From a virus, in IMG/VR virus record IMGVR_UViG_3300023049_000005, positions 73,053 through 137,052 of that record: a DNA stretch of 64,000 nt. One strand, given 5' to 3'. Positions 48,781 to 56,216 of the stretch are shown here, one piece after another; the stretch's first letter is position 1, and every line of letters starts with the position of its first letter. Below the pieces are notes generated by a model. It ran no database searches. It saw only the letters and a program-made list of their open reading frames with translations, and was not told where the DNA came from. The translations under genes were made by a program, and so were the position numbers.

Positions 48781-48812
48781 TAAAAAAAGGAGAAATATAT
48801 TCTCCTTTTTTT
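48781..48812 (+). terminator. Rho-independent terminator after sheath gene (ggagaa-atatat-ttctcc + T7)
   Basis: A-run, GC-containing stem, T-run. Confidence 0.6.
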
Positions 48813-48870
48813 ATTGTTTAAACTTTTTTCCTATATTTGATACATATATAAAACACCAATATATAGTAAT

Positions 48871-50595
48871 ATGCTATCAAAGGAATTCATAAAAGAGTTC
48901 AATTTCAATAATAAGTCAGGTAAGATGTCTAGTTCTAAATATGTATCAAAGAACTATGCTGCGGATTATGATATTATTATAGGTAATATTAAAGAAGATA
49001 TCTCATTTAAAGAGAAAGTATATCTAACTGTTAATGATATTAACCATTCTCCTAATTGTAAGAATCCTAATTGTAATGACAAGGTAAAATTCAGAAATAC
49101 TACTTTAGGGTATAGAGAGTATTGTTCTAATAAATGTATTGGTTCAGATCCTAATATGATCAAAAGAAAAGAACAAAAGTCTTTAGAAAAGTTTGGCACA
49201 AAAACACCTGCCGAATCAGAAGTAATCAAACAAAAAATGATCAATACTAATAATAAATTATATGGTGGTAATTCTCCTATGTCAAATAAAGAAATTCAAG
49301 AGAAATCTAAGAAAACTTTAATGGGTAATTGGGGTGTAGAAAACCCTAACAGACATAAAGATTTAACAGAAAAAAGAATTAAGAGTTTTAAAAAAAATAT
49401 AGATCAGTTTAAGGCTTCTTTCAAAGAAACTAGCTTAAAGAAATATGGTGTGGAACACCATTGGATGGTTAAAGAAATACACGATAAAGGAATTAAAACT
49501 ACTAATAAGAAAAAACTTCAAAAGGAAGAAACTAAAATTAAAAAGAGGATACCAAGTGATTATAAATTACTTGGAATATTCAAAGAAAGTGAATTACATA
49601 ACAGAACAAGTAGTAGGATGTTATGTAATAAGGGTCATGAATTTGTCATAAATAATGATCTTTTATATCATAGGACAGTTAAAAACGATACAGTGATATG
49701 TACTGAATGTCATCCTCAAAATAATAGAAGTGTAAGTGGATTAGAATTACAACTACTTAATTTCATCGAAGAAAGTTATGAAGGTGAAATCATAACTAAT
49801 AATAGAACTATTATACCGCCACACGAAGTAGATATTTATCTACCTGAAATCAAATTAGCTATTGAATTTAATGGTCTTTTTTGGCATAGTGAGATCAATA
49901 AGGACAAGTATTATCACTTCAATAAAACTAATGAAGCTGAGAAAGAAGGCATACAGATGTTACATATTTGGGAAGACGATTGGCTATTGAAGGATGATAT
50001 AGTTAAATCTATGTTAAAGAATAAATTCAATAATACTCCTAATAAAGTATTTGGTAGAAAATGTAAAATTAAAAAAGTTGGCTCTAAGGAATACAGAGAA
50101 TTCTTAGATAATAATCATATACAAGGTTATTCTAATTCTACTTACTCGTATGGTTTGTATTATAACGAAAAATTAGTTAGTCTAATGACCTTTTCTAAAC
50201 CAAGGAATATGATGGGACATAAAAGTAGAGATAATGTTTATGAGTTAGCTAGGTTTTGTAATAAGACTAATTACAATATAGTAGGTGGTGCTTCTAAATT
50301 ATTTAAACACTTTATAAAAGAACATTCTCCTAAAGAAATATATTCTTTTAGTGATAGGTCATATTCTAATGGTAATCTTTATAAGATATTAGGGTTTGAA
50401 TATAGTCACAGAAGTAAAATAAATTACCATTGGGTATTAAACAAAGAGAGAAAGCATAGATATAATTTTGCTAAACATAAACTAGTAGAAAAGGGATACG
50501 ATCCCAATTTATCAGAAAGGGAAATTATGTATGAACAAGTGGGTGCTTATAGAATATGGAATAGTGGTCAAGATAAGTGGGTTTATCACATATAG
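48871..50595 (+). CDS. Homing-endonuclease-like multidomain protein, paralog of 28779..30401
   Basis: 574 aa; CKNPNC..CSNKC, EVDIYLPEIKLAIEFNGLFWHSE...LHIWEDDW, shared C-terminal domain (YRIWNSGQDKW). Confidence 0.6.
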   Translation: MLSKEFIKEFNFNNKSGKMSSSKYVSKNYAADYDIIIGNIKEDISFKEKVYLTVNDINHSPNCKNPNCNDKVKFRNTTLGYREYCSNKCIGSDPNMIKRKEQKSLEKFGTKTPAESEVIKQKMINTNNKLYGGNSPMSNKEIQEKSKKTLMGNWGVENPNRHKDLTEKRIKSFKKNIDQFKASFKETSLKKYGVEHHWMVKEIHDKGIKTTNKKKLQKEETKIKKRIPSDYKLLGIFKESELHNRTSSRMLCNKGHEFVINNDLLYHRTVKNDTVICTECHPQNNRSVSGLELQLLNFIEESYEGEIITNNRTIIPPHEVDIYLPEIKLAIEFNGLFWHSEINKDKYYHFNKTNEAEKEGIQMLHIWEDDWLLKDDIVKSMLKNKFNNTPNKVFGRKCKIKKVGSKEYREFLDNNHIQGYSNSTYSYGLYYNEKLVSLMTFSKPRNMMGHKSRDNVYELARFCNKTNYNIVGGASKLFKHFIKEHSPKEIYSFSDRSYSNGNLYKILGFEYSHRSKINYHWVLNKERKHRYNFAKHKLVEKGYDPNLSEREIMYEQVGAYRIWNSGQDKWVYHI

Positions 50596-50614
50596 TAACC
50601 CCTATTCCTAATAT

Positions 50615-50872
50615 CTATGTTAAGTTTAGAAAGAAGTTCTTAGTTCCTCTTACTAATACTCTTAATATGAACACAAATAGTTCTACTGCGATTACACCAT
50701 AACAAAATAACCAAATATATTTCCCATAATCAGGATTCATCCCATGATCACTGATCAATAGACCGATTACGATTTTAGTTACATAAAGCTCTAATGCGAC
50801 AAATATTGAAAATGTAGCAATAGCAACAGTTCCGTTGATTATTAATTTACATAATGTGAATAAAGTTTTCAT
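50615..50872 (-). CDS. Small membrane protein (2-3 TM; holin-like topology, speculative)
   Basis: 85 aa hydrophobic. Confidence 0.35.
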   Translation of the reverse strand: MKTLFTLCKLIINGTVAIATFSIFVALELYVTKIVIGLLISDHGMNPDYGKYIWLFCYGVIAVELFVFILRVLVRGTKNFFLNLT

Positions 50873-50938
50873 AGTTTTTTAGTTTGTTAATACAAATATA
50901 CTAAAAAATATGATAATACCAAAGAATTTATGACTTTT

Positions 50939-51319
50939 CTATATCAAGTTATTTATTATTTGATCTCTTTTTATAATCTTCTCTATATCTATTGTAGTAT
51001 AGAATCCATATCGAGCATTCGATTTATATTTTTGGTAAAAGTCAATACTCCACAGTTCACCTAATTCTGAATAAGAATTAAATATACTATATCTATTTAT
51101 ACCACTTAAGGCTGTTTTATCTGACCCTGTGGTTATCTTATAAACACCACCTTTAGTTTCTCTTTCTCCAAAATCACCATAATAATACACACCATTATCA
51201 ACTTCAATAGTAAATTCTAATTTATAATCTCGTGCTAAAGCACTTTTCGTTATATACTTATCTATATTATTGAAAATGGTAATAATATCCTCTGTTAGTG
51301 GTTTTCGTTTAATCTTCAT
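50939..51319 (-). CDS. Paralog family member B' (C-terminal motif IEKIIKRDQIINNLI)
   Basis: 126 aa; paralog of 51697..52122. Confidence 0.45.
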   Translation of the reverse strand: MKIKRKPLTEDIITIFNNIDKYITKSALARDYKLEFTIEVDNGVYYYGDFGERETKGGVYKITTGSDKTALSGINRYSIFNSYSELGELWSIDFYQKYKSNARYGFYTTIDIEKIIKRDQIINNLI

Positions 51320-51707
51320 CTAAAATATTATTAATACTTAATTCTCTATTCCTTTGTTTGATCCAACTACCATCACGTGTTACAAAGTAGTGATTGTCTT
51401 TATCCTTACCTTTTTCGAAAAAACTTATTATATGTATATCTTCCCATTCTAATTGATGGAAAATATTATAATGTTTTATATCAGATATATGAGATTGAGA
51501 AAATCCAATTCTATCTATATAATGTAAAGTGATATCGTCTACCTGATTAGTTTGGAAATTCAGAGAAAAACAATCATTAAATCCTTTCATATATCTGAAA
51601 TTAGAAACATTCCAAAGATTACCTTCTGTGTATATACACATATAATTAATCCTATCTGATATAGTGTTCAATATATCTTCGTTTATATTTTCTGTTCTAA
51701 TGTTCAT
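51309..51707 (-). CDS. Paralog family member A' (C-terminal ...SINNILDED)
   Basis: 132 aa. Confidence 0.45.
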   Translation of the reverse strand: MNIRTENINEDILNTISDRINYMCIYTEGNLWNVSNFRYMKGFNDCFSLNFQTNQVDDITLHYIDRIGFSQSHISDIKHYNIFHQLEWEDIHIISFFEKGKDKDNHYFVTRDGSWIKQRNRELSINNILDED

Positions 51708-52122
51708 CTAAGATATTATTTATGATATTATCTCTATTTAAAATAGTAAATATGTTAGTCTGCGTATAAAATTTTATTTTAGGTCTTGTTTTATATTTTT
51801 GATACAGCATTATAACTGTATAAGTCTCATCATTAAGTGCGTGACGTACTGACAACGTATATCTATTTAAACCCTTAATTGTTTTGGGGTTTATGTTAAT
51901 GCTTTCGGGTATAGTAGTTACCATAAAAAGGTCACCTTTATTTTCTGATAACTTACCATAATCACCATATACATAATCTTTGGTATCCTTTGTATAACCA
52001 ATATTAATTTTATCTTTAAGTTTAAAGTCACATATACTATAATTGAGGTAATGATCTCTTACTTTATTATAAAGGTCAATATTTGTAATAATATCTAAGA
52101 AGTCTGTTGTTATCTTTTTCAT
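51697..52122 (-). CDS. Paralog family member B (C-terminal FTILNRDNIINNILDEH)
   Basis: 141 aa. Confidence 0.45.
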   Translation of the reverse strand: MKKITTDFLDIITNIDLYNKVRDHYLNYSICDFKLKDKINIGYTKDTKDYVYGDYGKLSENKGDLFMVTTIPESININPKTIKGLNRYTLSVRHALNDETYTVIMLYQKYKTRPKIKFYTQTNIFTILNRDNIINNILDEH

Positions 52123-52439
52123 GATAGTAAAGAATTTAAAATGAGATCTCTTTTGATTATTTTTTCTATATCGATATTAAAATCCATATCCCCCATGAGT
52201 TTATCGTTAATATCATAAAATTCAATGTGTTTTTGGTCTAATATAATACTAATAATGTTATGTATCTTTGTCTCATGGTAAGGGTGTTCATTCATTTTGA
52301 TTGTTATTTGACAGAACATCCCTTTTTTTGACCAACTAAGCCTAGCAGAATTTTTTGTGTTTACATTATACCAAAAATATTGAAAATTAGAATCAATCAT
52401 TTTTATTATAGGTATAGTCAGCTTAATCTTTTCTTTCAT
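52119..52439 (-). CDS. Paralog family member A (C-terminal IEKIIKRDLILNSLLS)
   Basis: 106 aa. Confidence 0.45.
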   Translation of the reverse strand: MKEKIKLTIPIIKMIDSNFQYFWYNVNTKNSARLSWSKKGMFCQITIKMNEHPYHETKIHNIISIILDQKHIEFYDINDKLMGDMDFNIDIEKIIKRDLILNSLLS

Positions 52440-52593
52440 CTAAATGTTGTTTCATCCATTTATTATATTCGTCAAAGTTAAAGATTTTTTTCTCATTATC
52501 AAACCCGCACTTATGACATAAATAAGGATGATCATCATCGGACTTTATTTCCCATGACCAACTACATTTACTACATATTACTTTACTTTCCAT
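52423..52593 (-). CDS. Small zinc-ribbon protein (56 aa; CSKC...CHKC), below ORF-track cutoff
   Basis: MESKVICSKCSWSWEIKSDDDHPYLCHKCGFDNEKKIF...; TATATA-type motif just upstream. Confidence 0.35.
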   Translation of the reverse strand: MESKVICSKCSWSWEIKSDDDHPYLCHKCGFDNEKKIFNFDEYNKWMKQHLDERKD

Positions 52594-52638
52594 GTAGTAT
52601 ATAGTAAAAAAACACTTTTATAAAATAATATATATTTT

Positions 52639-52920
52639 ATGAGAAAATTAACCAATGAAAAATCTATATCTAAGGTGGATAGTGTACACAAAGGTTTATA
52701 TAAATATGATAAAACTAATTATGATATGTGTATAGAATATGATGGTATCCAACATTATAAACCTGTAGATTTTTTTGGAGGAATAAAAACACTTAAGGAT
52801 ATTAAAAAAAGAGACAATATAAAAACAAAATATTGTCAAGAAAACAATATAAAATTAATAAGAATCCCTTATAATAAAGAGGTTATAGAGTTAATGGAAA
52901 GTATTAATTTTAATATATAG
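52639..52920 (+). CDS. Stand-alone mini Vsr/DUF559-like nuclease domain protein
   Basis: 93 aa; CIEYDGIQHY ... NIKLIRIPY mirrors IEFNGLYWH...LVHVW core of the two HE-like proteins. Confidence 0.45.
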   Translation: MRKLTNEKSISKVDSVHKGLYKYDKTNYDMCIEYDGIQHYKPVDFFGGIKTLKDIKKRDNIKTKYCQENNIKLIRIPYNKEVIELMESINFNI

Positions 52921-52950
52921 AGTATAGAAAATAAAAAAAAATTAAGATAT

Positions 52951-53583
52951 ATGTCACCTTTACCACACTTCTCACAAGTAAACTCACACGGGTCAACACA
53001 CCCAAATACCGAGCAGATATTCGAACCTGTTTATCCATCGTTATTTGAAGTAACATTTGTACTACCTACAATCGTGCAAGATCAGGGTAGAGACCCACTT
53101 CTTCTTTTAGAAAACGCAACAAGCGTTGAAGGAATCGAAGTACACAAAGCATTAGGAACACAGGAACAACGTTTCAAGTACAGTACTAGAATGTTCTTAA
53201 CAATGCCTGAAAATACATCAATCGATGGACTTAATATTAAGTTCAACGTAAATGTCGGAAACGCAGGTGATGTATTTAACTATAACGCATTAAGAGCATG
53301 GTATGATTTAGCTTGGAACTCACAAAACGGTACACTCGCTTATAAGAGAGACATCGTTGGTACAATTGTAATCAACCATCACGACAGAAAAGGTTTCGTA
53401 ATTAGAAGAATTACTTTACATAACTGTCAAATCAAAAACATCGGAGGATATTTAGATTCTGTTGATTGGAGTGATACTACTTCAATACTTACTGACGTAA
53501 ATGCAGAATTTGTAGTAGACTATTGGACAGATGAAAGAGTAGATCTTGATACATCTGATATTGGTAATGTATATGGCACATAA
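52951..53583 (+). CDS. Tail tube protein, T4 gp19-like
   Basis: 210 aa; C-terminus AEFVVDYWTDE parallels gp19 EVTLALDYWE; downstream of sheath. Confidence 0.65.
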   Translation: MSPLPHFSQVNSHGSTHPNTEQIFEPVYPSLFEVTFVLPTIVQDQGRDPLLLLENATSVEGIEVHKALGTQEQRFKYSTRMFLTMPENTSIDGLNIKFNVNVGNAGDVFNYNALRAWYDLAWNSQNGTLAYKRDIVGTIVINHHDRKGFVIRRITLHNCQIKNIGGYLDSVDWSDTTSILTDVNAEFVVDYWTDERVDLDTSDIGNVYGT

Positions 53584-53617
53584 ATAGCTTATTCATATTC
53601 CTATTTTTTTTTTTTTT

Positions 53618-53649
53618 GAAAAGGAGCGAAATATTTTCGCTCCTTTTTT
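53618..53649 (+). terminator. Rho-independent terminator (aggagcgaaa-tatt-ttcgctcct + T-run), preceded by a 16-nt poly-T tract
   Basis: 10-bp stem. Confidence 0.6.
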
Positions 53650-53733
53650 ATTTTTATAAAACATTTCACCCCCTTTTAATATAATAGGAAGTATAGCTAA
53701 AAAACTATATAGATTAAAATATAAAATACAAGT

Positions 53734-54645
53734 ATGGCAACACAGAGTTCATCAGAAGATTATTTAAAGGAATTTCTTGATCAGAAAGATCATGCAGATA
53801 ATAAACCTAAAGTAGAAGAAAGTAATAAAGAAGAAATAAAAGACCTAGGATCAGTAAAAGATTTAGATTTTATTGGGATAGATATTAGTGAGTTACCATG
53901 TAGAGATTTTTATCCTGCAGGGACTACGGTTAAGGTAAGACCCGCTAAAGTATCTGAGATACAAGCTTATAGTATGGTTGATGATACTAATATGTATGAT
54001 GTATACGAAAAAGTAAATCACTTAGTATCATCTTGTGTATTTTTAATATCACCAACAGGAGATAAAATGCCATATACTCATTTGAAGGACGGAGATAGAT
54101 GGTATTTACTATTTGTTATAAGAGAACTTACTTTCCAAAAGGGGAAAGATCTATATATTGAGGTAGATAATGTTCAGATTCCTATTCAGAGAAAAAACTT
54201 TGAATTTTATAAAATGGACGACAAGTTAAAAAAATATTACAGAAAAGAAGAAGGTAAATTTATATTTACTACACAAATGGGTGAGGTCGAAATGTCTCCC
54301 CCAACCTTAGGTGTCCAAAAATCATTTACTGATTATATGGTAGACCAAACTAAAAAAAGAAAAGTATTAAACCAAAGTTTCTTAAAAATAATACCTTTCA
54401 CATTACCGAATAGATTAAGTATTACTCAAGAAGGTATCGAAAAGAAATTGAAGGAATTTGGTGAAATGGATATAGAAATGTTCCAATTCTTAAACGGTGC
54501 TGCAGAAAAGATGACGTTTGGTATCAAAGGGGTAAAAATGATAGATAATCAGAGTGGTCAGGAGGTCCGCTCTGATGAGATATTTCCCAAAGGGTTTAGT
54601 GGGCTATTCGTTCAACATGATGCCTTTGATACTTTCCTTACATAA
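53734..54645 (+). CDS. Hypothetical tail-module protein (possible tail assembly chaperone/terminator)
   Basis: 303-aa ORF directly after tube gene. Confidence 0.5.
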   Translation: MATQSSSEDYLKEFLDQKDHADNKPKVEESNKEEIKDLGSVKDLDFIGIDISELPCRDFYPAGTTVKVRPAKVSEIQAYSMVDDTNMYDVYEKVNHLVSSCVFLISPTGDKMPYTHLKDGDRWYLLFVIRELTFQKGKDLYIEVDNVQIPIQRKNFEFYKMDDKLKKYYRKEEGKFIFTTQMGEVEMSPPTLGVQKSFTDYMVDQTKKRKVLNQSFLKIIPFTLPNRLSITQEGIEKKLKEFGEMDIEMFQFLNGAAEKMTFGIKGVKMIDNQSGQEVRSDEIFPKGFSGLFVQHDAFDTFLT

Positions 54646-54979
54646 AAAAGAAGTCGCTGAGGGTACTAAATTAAAAGCAGAATGCAATTTCTTAAAAGAA
54701 TACTTCTCCTTATTTATGATAGATGATGAAGCACTTAATCGAAATATGTGGTTATTGTCTATTAGATCTAAAGGTGGCTTGTCTATTGGTGAAATAGAAA
54801 GAATGGCTTTTTGGAGATATGAAAGGTATGTCGATATTGCTAACAAACTAGCTGAGGAAGAGAAAGACGAAAGGAAAAAACAAGAAGAAAAACAGAAAAA
54901 CCAAAGTCAAAATAAGTCTGCTAACCCTAGTAGTTATCTTAATAAGATAAGTGGTATGGCTAACAAATTCAAATCCTAA
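54554..54979 (+). CDS. Hypothetical protein overlapping previous gene in +1 frame (likely start at internal ATG 54617; frameshift fusion not excluded)
   Basis: Open +1 frame through last 92 nt of 53734..54645. Confidence 0.4.
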   Translation: MVRRSALMRYFPKGLVGYSFNMMPLILSLHKKEVAEGTKLKAECNFLKEYFSLFMIDDEALNRNMWLLSIRSKGGLSIGEIERMAFWRYERYVDIANKLAEEEKDERKKQEEKQKNQSQNKSANPSSYLNKISGMANKFKS

Positions 54980-54980
54980 T

Positions 54981-54991
54981 TTAATATATAG
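54981..54991 (+). promoter_or_regulatory. TTAATATATAG motif 6 nt upstream of start codon
   Basis: Recurring motif. Confidence 0.3.
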
Positions 54992-54997
54992 TGTACG

Positions 54998-55441
54998 ATG
55001 GAAATAACTACACTAATAAACGATTTTTATGACTTTATAGTATATGGTATAAGTGAATACTTATTCGTGTTCAATTTACACTATATTTTAGCATATATAA
55101 CCATTTTAGTGGGTATTAAGTACACAAATAACTTTAAATGGTATGAAAAACTACTTAATAAAGTAAAGTTATCTGCTGCACCATTTACGGGATTTTTACT
55201 TATATTAGCATATACTTTCATAGGTACGGGTGGGATAAGTGTTGAAACAGTTGTTTCACTGTTACAATCTTTTATTATAACACTATCTTTACAAGATGTA
55301 TTCATCGTTCTATTTGGAGTCCTACTTAATAAACTAACATTTGGTATGATTAAACTTGATCATAATAAAAGGTCTATTATCTATGTTAAGACTAATAAAA
55401 ATAATGATGATGTTGAATTAGATAAGAAACAAGAAGATTAA
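54998..55441 (+). CDS. Membrane protein (3-4 TM)
   Basis: 147 aa hydrophobic; TTAATATATAG 6 nt upstream. Confidence 0.45.
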   Translation: MEITTLINDFYDFIVYGISEYLFVFNLHYILAYITILVGIKYTNNFKWYEKLLNKVKLSAAPFTGFLLILAYTFIGTGGISVETVVSLLQSFIITLSLQDVFIVLFGVLLNKLTFGMIKLDHNKRSIIYVKTNKNNDDVELDKKQED

Positions 55442-56169
55442 TACTTTAAATAATTTCTAATAAACTTTATAACACTAGAATTAATCCCTCTGAATGTCAT
55501 TGGTTTTTCAGACTTTTGTTTAGCTTTAATATCATATTGTCTAAGTAGATCAGCTACTTCATCTTCGTGTAAATATATATCTTCAACAGGATCATATATA
55601 GCATGAGGCATATCAATACCAAGACCCTTTTGTTTAAATGGTAAATTAGGATCAGTTTTATCTCCCTTTTCACCGAAATGTCCTCTTACTCCTTTAGATG
55701 GGTTTCCATAATTTACTCCCCAATTACCAACGTGCGCACCTTGTCCATAACCAGGGGCATTTACGTCACCACTATCAGGTGTTTGGTGATTAGATTCTTT
55801 AATTGATTCATAAAAATCTAAATCTACTTTAGTAGCTAATTCATAATCATAATAAAACATATCACTTAGGCTTTTAGATAAACCTTCTTTTAAAATATTC
55901 TTATCTCCTTGTAGTAAGAACACCTCAACTTCTACATTATCTTCATCAATTTCATTGACTTTTATTTTAAATAAATGCTTATTTAGATCTTCGTCTATGA
56001 AAGAAAAATCACCTCTGAATCCTACATACTCTTTTTCGAATAATGATTCAACAGCAGTTTCTCTGTTCATTGTTGTTAATTCACCTTCACTGTCACTCAC
56101 TTTGAATATCAGTTTGAAGTCAGCTTTGTTACCACTGTTAAAGTTTTCGTATAGTTTTAAATATTTCAT
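55438..56169 (-). CDS. Hypothetical protein
   Basis: 243-aa ORF. Confidence 0.5.
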   Translation of the reverse strand: MKYLKLYENFNSGNKADFKLIFKVSDSEGELTTMNRETAVESLFEKEYVGFRGDFSFIDEDLNKHLFKIKVNEIDEDNVEVEVFLLQGDKNILKEGLSKSLSDMFYYDYELATKVDLDFYESIKESNHQTPDSGDVNAPGYGQGAHVGNWGVNYGNPSKGVRGHFGEKGDKTDPNLPFKQKGLGIDMPHAIYDPVEDIYLHEDEVADLLRQYDIKAKQKSEKPMTFRGINSSVIKFIRNYLKY

Positions 56170-56202
56170 ATAGTATATATTAAAGTTCGTATCTGATTAT
56201 TT

Positions 56203-56213
56203 TTAATATATAG
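56203..56213 (+). promoter_or_regulatory. TTAATATATAG motif 3 nt upstream of start codon
   Basis: Recurring motif. Confidence 0.3.
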
Positions 56214-56216
56214 TTT

